Assembly (NCBI GenBank): GCA_036556425.1
Contig: DATBJJ010000103.1
Span: 67,574-131,573, forward strand
Source of the DNA: Vicinamibacterales bacterium
GTDB lineage: Bacteria; Acidobacteriota; Vicinamibacteria; Vicinamibacterales; 2-12-FULL-66-21
DNA: 64,000 nt
Direction: 5' to 3'
Part shown: positions 56,120 through 64,000 of the stretch, one piece after another
Numbering within the stretch: the stretch's first letter is position 1
How the letters are laid out: the number at the start of each line of letters is the position of its first letter
Notes under the pieces: model-generated
Told to the model about the DNA's origin: nothing
The model's database searches: none
What the model saw: only the letters and a program-made list of their open reading frames with translations
Program-made: the position numbers and the translations under genes

Positions 56120-56746
56120 ATGTCTGTTCGCAAGTTGTTCATGACGGCAGCTCTTGTTTTGGTGACATCCGCCGCCGCGCCGAGAACGGCTTCGGCCGAT
56201 TGGATGTTCACACCATTTCTCGGCTGGAACTGGGGCGGATCAGCCAACTTCGTCGACTTCAGCGACGTCGACGACGAGTTCGAGCAGAGAGCAAACTTCG
56301 GCGCGTCGCTCACCTGGATGGGCGCGGGTGCCGTCGGCTTCGAAGTCGACTTCGGTTACACGCCGAACTTCTTCGAGAACACGGTCGGACCTGGCGACTT
56401 CGAGTTCGGCGACAACAACGTGACGACGTTGATGGGCAACGTGGTCGTGGGCGTTCCCATCGGCGGGCAGCACGGACCGGGCTTCCGTCCGTATGCGGTT
56501 GCCGGTCTCGGATTGATCAAGAGCCGCATTGGCGACGCCGAGGACTTCTTCAACGTCAACTCGACGAATTGGGGATTCGACGTGGGCGCCGGCGCGAACT
56601 TCTTCTTCTCCGACAAGTTCGGCTTGCGCGGAGACATCCGGTACTTCCGGTCGCTGCAGGACGACGAGCCTGATGGCGACTTCGACGTGGGCCTCGCGGA
56701 CTTCCGCTTCTGGCGCGGCTCAATCGGCGCGACGTTCCGGTTCTAG
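56120..56746 (+). CDS. Small outer-membrane beta-barrel protein (OmpW/OmpA-like porin family)
   Basis: Signal peptide ending ASA-DW, alternating aromatic/glycine beta-strand pattern, and a C-terminal ...GSIGATFRF with a terminal Phe. Confidence 0.8.
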   Translation: MSVRKLFMTAALVLVTSAAAPRTASADWMFTPFLGWNWGGSANFVDFSDVDDEFEQRANFGASLTWMGAGAVGFEVDFGYTPNFFENTVGPGDFEFGDNNVTTLMGNVVVGVPIGGQHGPGFRPYAVAGLGLIKSRIGDAEDFFNVNSTNWGFDVGAGANFFFSDKFGLRGDIRYFRSLQDDEPDGDFDVGLADFRFWRGSIGATFRF

Positions 56747-57198
56747 AGAACGAGCCGCCACCGCTCCTCGTAGTGCTCGCCCGCAGCGCCTCGCGCGATC
56801 TCGATCGCGACGAGGCCGTGCAGCGGGAATTCGAGGAGCGGTGCTTCGCGGCCCGTGACGAGCAGCGTCAACAGCCGAGGCAAGTTCGGCATGTGACCGA
56901 CCAGCATGACCTCGCGATCTTCATGCGCGAGCGTTTCTCGAATCCAGATGGCTGGATCCTCAGGTTGCAATCCACGGATCGCCGAAAACTCAGCCAATGG
57001 GTTGCACAGGCGCAGGAACGCGTTCGCCGTCTGACGCGCGCGCAGTTTTCCGCTGTGATGAATCGCAACAGGTTTGACGCCGCGCTCCGCGGCACGCGTC
57101 GCGAGACGCTCGACCGCCGCGCGTCCGGCGCTCGAGAGCGGCCGCTGCGGATCGATGTCTGGGCCGACGGCGTCGCCATGATGCACGAGATAGATCAT
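56743..57198 (-). CDS. sixA: Phosphohistidine phosphatase SixA-like protein
   Basis: MIYLVHHGDAV... and MLVGHMPNL motifs, 151 aa. The ATG overlaps the argH stop (ATGA). Confidence 0.7.
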   Translation of the reverse strand: MIYLVHHGDAVGPDIDPQRPLSSAGRAAVERLATRAAERGVKPVAIHHSGKLRARQTANAFLRLCNPLAEFSAIRGLQPEDPAIWIRETLAHEDREVMLVGHMPNLPRLLTLLVTGREAPLLEFPLHGLVAIEIARGAAGEHYEERWRLVL

Positions 57199-58580
57199 CG
57201 CGCCGCCAACCACTCGCGAAGTTCCCCGAGCGCGGCCGCGACGGCATCCGGATGCGTGGATTGGGGCGTGCGCTTTTTTTGAATCGACGCCGCCGCGCTG
57301 ACGGCTTCGCGGACGTCTGCTTCGAACAGCGCCGAGTGCGCGCGCCAATCCTCTATCGTCAGGTCGTCGAACGAGCGCCCCTCTTTGACGAGCCGGCGCA
57401 CGAGCGCGCCGACGATCTCGTGCGCGTCCCGGAAGGGCACGCCCTTGGCGACGAGATAATCGGCGACATCGGTCGCGAGCAAGAGACCGGACGCCGCGCG
57501 TTCCGCCGCGCCTCGATTGATCGTGATGCCGCCGAGAACGGATGTTGTCGCGCGAAGCGAGGCCGCCAACGTATCTTCCGCCTCGAAGAGCGCCTCTTTG
57601 TCTTCCTGCAGATCTTTGCTGTAGCCGATCGGAAGGCTCTTCATCGTCGCGAGCCATCCGGTCAGGCGTCCGATCACGCGTCCGGCCTTTCCGCGAACGA
57701 GCTCCATCGGATCGGGATTCTTTTTCTGCGGCATCAAGCTGCTGCCGGTCGCGGCCGTGTCGGCGAGCTCGAAGAGGCCGAATTCTTCCGACGTGAAGAG
57801 GATCGTGTCCTCCGCGAGACGGCTCAGGTGCACCATCGCGAGCGACGCCGCGTAGAGGAACGTCGCCACGATATCGCGGTCGCCGGTTGCGTCGATGCTG
57901 TTGCGCACGATTCTCGCGAATCCGAGATCGCGCGCGAGCGCACCTACGTCGATCGCATAGCTCGTTCCCGCAATCGCACCGGATCCAAGCGGCAGCTCGT
58001 CGGCGTCGTCGACGAGCGCGGTGAATCGCGCGTGATCTCTACGAAGAGCGGAGGCGTGCGCGAGAAAGAAATGCGCGGCGAGGATTGGCTGCGCCCGGCG
58101 CAGATGCGTGTACGACGGCATCAACGCGGAGCCAGCGGCTTCCGCCGACGCGTGGAGCACGCGGATCAAGGCGACGATCGCATCTTGCAGCGCGGGAATC
58201 CGCCGCTTGAGATACAAGCGCAGATCGACGGCGACCTGCTCGTTCCGCGAGCGGCCGGTGTGAAGACGGCGGCCGGCTTCGCCGATGCGCTGCACGAGCT
58301 CGCGCTCGACGAACGAGTGAACGTCTTCATCCTGCGCGGCCGCGGCGGACTCGAAGAACGCGGGATCGGACCCGGCGGCGAGGACGGAGGCGAGACCGGA
58401 CTGAATGGACCGCGCATCGTCTTTGGTGAGGACGCTTGCGCGCTCAAGCGCCGCGGCCCATGCCATGCTTCCGCGAATATCGTCCTCGAACAGGCGCCGA
58501 TCGAACCCGAACGATCGCCCGAACTCGACGAGCGATGCGTCGGGATCCCCTTCGAACCTGCCGGACCAGAGATGTGCCAC
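57195..58580 (-). CDS. argH: Argininosuccinate lyase
   Basis: MAHLWSGRFEGDPDASLVEF, GSSLMPQKKNPDPMELVRGK fumarate-lyase signature. Length is 461 aa. Confidence 0.92.
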   Translation of the reverse strand: MAHLWSGRFEGDPDASLVEFGRSFGFDRRLFEDDIRGSMAWAAALERASVLTKDDARSIQSGLASVLAAGSDPAFFESAAAAQDEDVHSFVERELVQRIGEAGRRLHTGRSRNEQVAVDLRLYLKRRIPALQDAIVALIRVLHASAEAAGSALMPSYTHLRRAQPILAAHFFLAHASALRRDHARFTALVDDADELPLGSGAIAGTSYAIDVGALARDLGFARIVRNSIDATGDRDIVATFLYAASLAMVHLSRLAEDTILFTSEEFGLFELADTAATGSSLMPQKKNPDPMELVRGKAGRVIGRLTGWLATMKSLPIGYSKDLQEDKEALFEAEDTLAASLRATTSVLGGITINRGAAERAASGLLLATDVADYLVAKGVPFRDAHEIVGALVRRLVKEGRSFDDLTIEDWRAHSALFEADVREAVSAAASIQKKRTPQSTHPDAVAAALGELREWLAAR

Positions 58581-58593
58581 GGCGCGAATGTCC

Positions 58594-59655
58594 CTATGAA
58601 GCGACGAGCGTGGAGACCGTGCAGTCCCCTTTGAAGAGCCTGAGCCGAATCGATCCGCTCAGCGCGGGCTGCAGCGATGAGATGAACGCGTCGATCGTCT
58701 GGCGCGCGGGCGAGAACCACGCGCCGCTTTGAATCAGCTGAGCGTACGCGCGGCCCGACTCTTCGACGCGCGCGGCGACGTCGGGCGCAAGCCGAAGCGA
58801 TCGCAGCTCGCGCTGTGCGAGCTGCAGCAGCGCAGCGGCCGGCGCTTCGCCGATCTCGCGGCACGCCGTTCCGTCGCCGGAGCCCGCCGGCGTGTCGGTG
58901 CGTCCAACGCCGTGCGTTCCACCGATGATCTCGAGGCTCTCGATCATCTCGACGATCGGCATCTCGATCCCATTCACGCGCGAAGGCACGCCAGCCTCGA
59001 ATTCGAGCTCGACATAGGCAGGACGGTTCGGACACTCGTCGGCGGATCGGGTCAACACGTAGGTGTCGTCGGGCACACCGGTCGGCGGGTCCTGCACCCG
59101 ATCGAGCGCCACCGATCGTCCCCACAGGTTCGCGGAGACCTTCTGCCAATCGCTTCCGACGGTTGCCGGAATATCGCGGGCCCGCGCGTACTCGAGCACC
59201 GCGGACTTCGACATTTCGCACACATCAGAGGGTGCGAGCGTCCGCAGCGACGGGTTGAGCGAACGCACGAGCGCATCCATCGAGCCACGGCTCATCGCCG
59301 ATCCGCCGTACACGACCGTATCGGCGGCTTCCATTCGCGCGATGTCCACGATCGTCTTGGCGATGAGGGGGCGCGCGATGGCGGACGGCATCCATCCGCG
59401 CGCGTCGTCGAATGCGCCCGCCTGCAACGCGGGAAGGATGCAGCGGCGGACGAGATCCTCGCGCGAGTCGACGACGTGGCAGCGAACGGCGCCGAGGGTC
59501 AAGGCGCGCTCGCGCTGCTCGACGAGCTCCTCACGCCGGCCGAGATCGAGGATGACGGCGACGACCTCCGTGTTCGATGCCGCGCGCTCGGCGAGCCGCG
59601 CGATCGCGGCGGACGTCTCGATCCCGCCTGAATAGCCCATAACGATTCGATTCAT
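58594..59655 (-). CDS. Argininosuccinate-synthase-like protein, short and divergent (signature 2 not conserved)
   Basis: GYSGGIETS resembles the AYSGGLDTS P-loop. ARPLIAK, NLWGRS and GTHGVGR are retained. The G-x-T-x-K-G-N-D-x-x-R-F region reads GGSAMSRGSMDALV. Length is 353 aa. Confidence 0.6.
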   Translation of the reverse strand: MNRIVMGYSGGIETSAAIARLAERAASNTEVVAVILDLGRREELVEQRERALTLGAVRCHVVDSREDLVRRCILPALQAGAFDDARGWMPSAIARPLIAKTIVDIARMEAADTVVYGGSAMSRGSMDALVRSLNPSLRTLAPSDVCEMSKSAVLEYARARDIPATVGSDWQKVSANLWGRSVALDRVQDPPTGVPDDTYVLTRSADECPNRPAYVELEFEAGVPSRVNGIEMPIVEMIESLEIIGGTHGVGRTDTPAGSGDGTACREIGEAPAAALLQLAQRELRSLRLAPDVAARVEESGRAYAQLIQSGAWFSPARQTIDAFISSLQPALSGSIRLRLFKGDCTVSTLVAS

Positions 59656-60119
59656 GTCTGTCGCGTCTCGATGATTGCGGCAAAGCGCTCGACGAGCGCC
59701 GCCGCGTCCAGGGCGGACCGACAGATCACGAGAATCGTGTCGTCGCCGCCAATCGTGCCCGCTATCTCCGGGACCCGCGCGCGATCGATCGCGATCGCGA
59801 GCGACTGCGCCTGACCCGGATCGGTCTTCAGCACCACCAATTGCTCGACCCGCTCCTGCGTCCGGAGATATTCCTCGACCGCCCGCTTCAGCGCCGATTG
59901 GGTCACCGCGACCGCGGCGTCAGTGCCCCCCCGCCGGTACGCGCCGTCCACGGCGCGCTTGACGAGGTGGAGCTCCCGGATGTCCCTCGACATCGTGGCC
60001 TGAGTGGCCTCGATCCCCCGGGCGCGGAGGCGTTCCCTCAGCTGTTCCTGGCTGGTAATCGCTTCCTGCTCAACCAGTTCCAGGATCACAGCCTTACGGC
60101 GGGCCTTCTGAACCATCAT
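59652..60119 (-). CDS. argR: Arginine repressor ArgR
   Basis: ITSQEQLRERLRARGIEATQATMSRDIRELHLVK winged helix and a C-terminal AGTIGGDDTILVI. The stop overlaps the argG-like ATG (ATGA). Confidence 0.88.
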   Translation of the reverse strand: MMVQKARRKAVILELVEQEAITSQEQLRERLRARGIEATQATMSRDIRELHLVKRAVDGAYRRGGTDAAVAVTQSALKRAVEEYLRTQERVEQLVVLKTDPGQAQSLAIAIDRARVPEIAGTIGGDDTILVICRSALDAAALVERFAAIIETRQT

Positions 60120-60130
60120 CTGAACGAATG

Positions 60131-60160
60131 AGTATACACGACTATGCAAGTAGGCGGCAA
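60131..60160 (-). promoter_or_regulatory. Candidate argR promoter (TTGCCG-18-TATACT on the minus strand)
   Basis: The -10 is at 60136-60131 and the -35 at 60160-60155. The -10 ends only ~11 nt before ATG 60119, implying a very short leader. Confidence 0.35.
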
Positions 60161-60178
60161 CAAACCTTGAGGTTTTTC

Positions 60179-60207
60179 TTGACCTCATGGCCGTCGGCTT
60201 GTATAAG
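60179..60207 (+). promoter_or_regulatory. Candidate argC operon promoter TTGACC-17-TATAAG
   Basis: The -35 is at 60179-84 and the -10 at 60202-07. ATG 60219 lies 11 nt after the -10, and no SD is visible. Confidence 0.5.
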
Positions 60208-60217
60208 TAGAGATTCC

Positions 60218-60235
60218 GATGAATACTTATTCGCG
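60218..60235. promoter_or_regulatory. ARG-box-like palindrome TGAAT-ACTT-ATTCG overlapping the argC start codon
   Basis: gaTGAATACTTATTCGcg compared with the consensus TNTGAATWWWWATTCANW as I remember it. Confidence 0.5.
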
Positions 60236-61214
60236 GGTCAGGGTCGGTATCGCAGGGGCAACGGGGTACGCGGGGGTCGAGCTCCTCCGTCGGTTGACCC
60301 AGCACCCCGGCGCCGACGTCCGCCTCGCGATGGGGTCCAGCTCGTCAGAATCGAAGCGTGTTCCCGCGCTGAAGCGGATTTGGGATGCACCCATCGAGCG
60401 GTTCGACGTCGATCGGCTGGCGCGGGAAACGGACGCGGTGTTTCTCGCGGTGCCCGAGACGCTCTCGGCGGAGGTCGGTCCCTGTCTCGCGCGCCGCGGC
60501 CCGCGCGTGTTCGACATTTCCGGCGCGTTCCGGCTGCGCAGCCAGGCGGAGCGCGAGCGTTGGTATCCGCATTCGCCGGATCCCGGCGTGCCGGTGACGT
60601 ACGGCCTCACGGAACGGTACCGGAAGGAGCTCGAATCCGCGCCGCTGATTGCGTGCGCGGGGTGCTATCCGACGGCGGCGATTCTCGCGCTGCAGCCGCT
60701 CGTCGCGGCGGGGCTGCTGCAACCGGGCGTCATCATCGACGCGAAGTCCGGCGTGTCCGGCGCGGGAAAGACGCCGACCGAGCGCACGCATTTTTCCGAG
60801 GTGCACGGCAGTCTGGCCGCGTATGGAGTGTTCTCGCATCGCCACGGCGCCGAAATACAGCAAGAGCTTGGAACCGATGTCACGTTCGTTCCTCATCTCG
60901 TGCCGCTCGATCGCGGGATCCTCGAGACGATCTACGCGCGGCTGCAGCCCGGCGTCGACGCCGCGGCGATCGAACGCACGTTGACCGACGCCTACCACGA
61001 TTCGCCGTTCGTGCGGCTGACCGGCAGCGACCTTCCGGAGATCAAGCACGTCGCCCACACGAATTTCTGCGACATCGGGTGGCGGGTCGATCGTCCGGGC
61101 GGACAGCTCGTGATGATCTCGTGCATCGACAACCTCGTCAAAGGGGCGGCGGGACAGGCCATTCAGAACTTCAATGTCGCGTTCGGATTCGACGAAACGC
61201 TGGGGCTGAATTGA
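60219..61214 (+). CDS. argC: N-acetyl-gamma-glutamyl-phosphate reductase
   Basis: VRVGIAGATGYAGVELLRRL and the active-site region ACAGCYPTAAILALQPL. Confidence 0.92.
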   Translation: MNTYSRVRVGIAGATGYAGVELLRRLTQHPGADVRLAMGSSSSESKRVPALKRIWDAPIERFDVDRLARETDAVFLAVPETLSAEVGPCLARRGPRVFDISGAFRLRSQAERERWYPHSPDPGVPVTYGLTERYRKELESAPLIACAGCYPTAAILALQPLVAAGLLQPGVIIDAKSGVSGAGKTPTERTHFSEVHGSLAAYGVFSHRHGAEIQQELGTDVTFVPHLVPLDRGILETIYARLQPGVDAAAIERTLTDAYHDSPFVRLTGSDLPEIKHVAHTNFCDIGWRVDRPGGQLVMISCIDNLVKGAAGQAIQNFNVAFGFDETLGLN

Positions 61215-62023
61215 CGACGGTCCTCAAACTGGGCGGCGAGCTTCTCGAGGACGCGGGCGCGATGCGCTCCGCTGCCGCCTCGATCGTGCGTCTTTCCGCG
61301 GGCGGTCCGCTCGTCGTCGTGCACGGCGGCGGACGCGCCATCGACGCGGAGCTGCGCGCGCGCGGCGAGTCGCCGCGCTTCGTCGACGGATTGCGCGTCA
61401 CGGATGCCGCGGCGCTCGAGACCGTCGTCTCGGTGCTGGCAGGTCGAACCAACACGTCGCTCGTCGCGGCGATTGGCGCCGCGGGCGGACGCGCGGTGGG
61501 GCTGACCGGCGCCGACGGTGCGATCGGCCTCTCGCGCCGCGCGGAGCCGCTGCGGACGGTGTCAGGCGACCTCGTCGATCTCGGCCTCGTGGGTGAACCG
61601 ACGGGAGCCGACGCCGGACTTCTTGCCGCGCTCCTGCAGATCGGTTGCATCCCGGTCGTGGCGAGCATCGGCGTCGATCGCGACGGCGTGCTCCTGAACG
61701 TGAACGCCGACGTGCTCGCCGCGCACCTTGCGGCCATCGTGTCCGCACGCCGCTTGATCGTCGCCGGTGGAACGGCCGGCGTGCTCGACGACAACGGTCG
61801 AACGATCGACGAGCTGGCGGTCGACGCTATCGACCAGATGACTGCGTCCGGGGTCGCGCATTCCGGGATGATCGCGAAGCTCGCGGCCTGCCGCCGCGCG
61901 TTCGCGAGCGGCGTCACGGACGTATCGATTGTCGCGGGGCGGGGCGGTGTGGACTACGCGGCCGCTCCAGGGACCAGACTCGTGGCCGCGCTCGCGTGGT
62001 CACCGACGGAGACACGCGCATGA
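61211..62023 (+). CDS. argB: Acetylglutamate kinase
   Basis: VLKLGGELL, VVVHGGG, GLRVTD, and NVNADVLAAHLA. TTG 61211 overlaps the argC stop (TTGA). Confidence 0.88.
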   Translation: MTTVLKLGGELLEDAGAMRSAAASIVRLSAGGPLVVVHGGGRAIDAELRARGESPRFVDGLRVTDAAALETVVSVLAGRTNTSLVAAIGAAGGRAVGLTGADGAIGLSRRAEPLRTVSGDLVDLGLVGEPTGADAGLLAALLQIGCIPVVASIGVDRDGVLLNVNADVLAAHLAAIVSARRLIVAGGTAGVLDDNGRTIDELAVDAIDQMTASGVAHSGMIAKLAACRRAFASGVTDVSIVAGRGGVDYAAAPGTRLVAALAWSPTETRA

Positions 62024-63243
62024 CGACGGGGAGTGTTGCGGCGAAGAACGTGATGACGGTCGAGACCGATCATGTTCTGCAGATCTACAAGCGGAACCCG
62101 GTCGTGTTCGAGCGCGGCCGCGGGTGCTATCTCTTCGACAGCGATGGCCGCGCGTATCTCGATCTCCTGTCGGGCATCGGCGTTGCCGCGCTCGGCCACG
62201 CGCATCCGAGGCTTGCGGCGGCGATCGCCGATCAGGCATCGACGCTGCTGCACACGTCGAACCTCTACTACCACTCGCTGCAGGGCGAGCTGGCGACGCG
62301 GCTCGCGGCGTTGTCCGGACTGCCGCGCGCGTTCTTCTGCAACAGCGGCAGCGAAGCGATCGAAGCCTGCTTGAAGTTCTCCCGGCGCTTCTGGCACGCG
62401 CAGAAGGACTCGCGCCGCACGGGCTTCGTCGCGTTCGACCACGCGTTCCATGGCCGCACGATCGGATCGCTCTCGATCACGTGGGACGATCACTATCGCG
62501 CGCCGTTCGCGCCGCTCCTCGCCGGCGTGCAGTTCGTGCCGGCGACCGATCCGGACGCGCTTCGCGCGGCAGTGACCGAGTCGACGGCCGCCGTGATCCT
62601 CGAGCCGCTGCAGGGCGAAGGCGGCGTGCGTCCGTTTAGTCAGGCGATGGCCGATGCGATCACCGATGCCTGCCGCAGGACCGGGGCGCTCCTCATCGCC
62701 GACGAGATTCAATGCGGCCTCGGCCGAACGGGCCGGCCGTTCTACTCCTCGGCGCTCAGCCTCAGTCCGGATCTCATGGCGATCGGCAAGGCGCTCGGCG
62801 CCGGCGTCCCGATTGCCGCCGCCCTCTTCAGCGAGCGCGTCGCGAAGGCGGCGGCGTTCGGCGATCACGGCAGCACGTACGGTGGCAATCTGCTCGCGTG
62901 CCGTGCGGCGCTCGTGTTCCTCGAGGAGCTGATCGATAGAAACCTCATCGGCCACGTGGCGACGGTGGGCGCGCATCTCGAGCGCGGACTTCGCGCGATC
63001 GCGTCGCGCTATCCGATCGTCCGCGAGGTCCGCGGCGCGGGGCTCATCTGGGGACTGGATCTCGATCGCCCGGCGCTCCCCGTCGTCGAAGCCGCGCTGG
63101 AGCTGGGGCTGCTCGTGAATAGAACGTCCGAGACCGTCGTTCGTCTGCTGCCGCCATACGTCATCACGCAGGCCGAAGTCGATCAGGCGTGCTCGCTGCT
63201 GGATCGCGCGATCGGCAGAGTTGCGGAGGCACACTCATCGTGA
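62020..63243 (+). CDS. argD: Acetylornithine aminotransferase (class III PLP aminotransferase)
   Basis: FCNSGSEAIEACLKF, LIADEIQCGLGRTG and MAIGKALGAG (PLP lysine). The ATG overlaps the argB stop (ATGA). Confidence 0.9.
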   Translation: MTTGSVAAKNVMTVETDHVLQIYKRNPVVFERGRGCYLFDSDGRAYLDLLSGIGVAALGHAHPRLAAAIADQASTLLHTSNLYYHSLQGELATRLAALSGLPRAFFCNSGSEAIEACLKFSRRFWHAQKDSRRTGFVAFDHAFHGRTIGSLSITWDDHYRAPFAPLLAGVQFVPATDPDALRAAVTESTAAVILEPLQGEGGVRPFSQAMADAITDACRRTGALLIADEIQCGLGRTGRPFYSSALSLSPDLMAIGKALGAGVPIAAALFSERVAKAAAFGDHGSTYGGNLLACRAALVFLEELIDRNLIGHVATVGAHLERGLRAIASRYPIVREVRGAGLIWGLDLDRPALPVVEAALELGLLVNRTSETVVRLLPPYVITQAEVDQACSLLDRAIGRVAEAHSS

Positions 63244-63833
63244 ACACGTCAGTGACCTTGCGGACCGCCCGCGTTGCGGACGCGGCCGACATCCACCACC
63301 TGATCGCGGACAACCTCGAGGCCGGCCATCTGCTGCCTCGGACGCTCGAGGACGTGCGCGAGAACGCGGCGAGATTCGTCGTCGCGCTCGTCGATGGGAC
63401 GATAGTTGGATGCGCCGAGCTCGCGCCGTTGAGTCCCGGCGTCGCGGAAGTGCGATCGCTCGTCGTCGCCGAAGCGTTTCGAGGCCGGCAGATCGGACCG
63501 ACGCTCGTCTCGCACGTGGCCGCGACCGCGACAGCGGGCGGATTCTCCACGCTCTGCGCGTTCGCGCACGAGCCGTCGCATTTCGTGCGTATGGGGTTCA
63601 CGATCGTGCCGCACATCTGGGTGCCCGAGAAGATCGCGCACGACTGCACGTCGTGCTCGCTCTTCCGCCGCTGCGGTCAACACGCGGTGATGCTGCCGCT
63701 GCGCGCGGGCGCGCACGTCGGTCCGGAGCGTCCGGCCGCGGTGATTCACGGTACGCGGCCGACGGCGCGGCGGCTCGCGCTGCGGCCGGTCACCGAGCCC
63801 GAGCCCGATTCGGTGGAGGCGATTCCCGCGTGA
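63240..63833 (+). CDS. GNAT-family N-acetyltransferase, short N-acetylglutamate-synthase-like, with a Cys-rich tail
   Basis: VAEVRSLVVAEAFRGRQIGPTLV acetyl-CoA motif and DCTSCSLFRRC (C-x2-C-x5-C). GTG overlaps the argD stop (GTGA). Confidence 0.7.
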   Translation: MNTSVTLRTARVADAADIHHLIADNLEAGHLLPRTLEDVRENAARFVVALVDGTIVGCAELAPLSPGVAEVRSLVVAEAFRGRQIGPTLVSHVAATATAGGFSTLCAFAHEPSHFVRMGFTIVPHIWVPEKIAHDCTSCSLFRRCGQHAVMLPLRAGAHVGPERPAAVIHGTRPTARRLALRPVTEPEPDSVEAIPA

Positions 63834-64000
63834 CGAAGACGAAGACGGCCACGTTTCAGGCGATCGCGGGCGGCATCACGGCGCCGCAGGGTTTCCGCGC
63901 CGCGGGCGTCGCGTGCGGGATCAAAGCGAACGGCAAACGTGACTTGTCGCTGCTCGTGTCCGATCGCGTAGCCAGCGCCGCGGGCGTCTTCACGACGAAC
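63830..64000 (+). CDS. argJ: 3'-truncated bifunctional glutamate N-acetyltransferase / amino-acid acetyltransferase ArgJ
   Basis: IAGGITAPQGFRAAGVACGIKANGKRDLSLLVSDRVASAAGVFTTN matches the ArgJ N-terminus. GTG overlaps the upstream stop. The gene runs off the window. Confidence 0.85.
   Translation, partial: MTKTKTATFQAIAGGITAPQGFRAAGVACGIKANGKRDLSLLVSDRVASAAGVFTTN

Noticed and set aside
1-64000. tRNA, rRNA, tmRNA, CRISPR arrays, prophage or integron structures
   Set aside because: Every intergenic gap except 35807-36216 is under 250 bp, and none shows tRNA T-arm (GGTTCGAATCC-like) or anticodon-arm patterns. I saw no regularly spaced direct repeats, and no integrase or phage structural genes. 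The absence is judged by eye only; tRNAscan-SE, Infernal or CRISPR finders should confirm it.

Overview
Visibly GC-rich bacterial chromosomal segment with strong GC3 bias, which produces many long spurious antisense ORFs. I call about 48 protein-coding genes. I found no rRNA, tRNA or CRISPR array by eye. The gene content suggests an Acidobacteriota-like soil bacterium: secreted VWA proteins of the acidobacterial type, a Ser/Thr kinase with TPR repeats, a DUF1800/DUF1501 pair, and many peptidases and permeases. That assignment is inference only. Gene order: a truncated charged-repeat protein and a GT-C-like membrane protein; an SNF2 helicase coupled to an Eco57I/type-IIG-like N6-adenine methyltransferase; a GAF pseudo-kinase; a sulfur module (TauE-DUF1634 divergent from an MBL/rhodanese fusion coupled to a Ser/Thr kinase); panE; two APC permeases; an amidohydrolase; two M14 peptidases and one M28 (GCPII-like) peptidase; a Rieske oxygenase/GcvT-like/tandem FAD-oxidoreductase cluster; an orphan 871-aa secreted protein with two VWA proteins; a 410-bp structured intergenic region; a DUF1800-DUF1501-D-TA-BMC-H gene string; MerR and pterin dehydratase; TetR with an RND efflux locus whose permease and outer-membrane factor share one ORF; a ThiO-like oxidase; a RAYT (IS200-like Y1 transposase) flanked by REP-like hairpins; envelope proteins; and a divergent arginine regulon (argR-argG-like-argH-sixA versus argC-argB-argD-GNAT-argJ). 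The candidates most worth follow-up are: (1) the stand-alone SNF2 + methyltransferase pair, a possible defence module resembling DISARM or type ISP enzymes; (2) a lone BMC-H shell gene at the end of an unrelated-looking operon; (3) the in-frame RND-OMF fusion with an internal signal peptide. All functional calls rest on motifs read by eye, with no database search. Start codons are best guesses.
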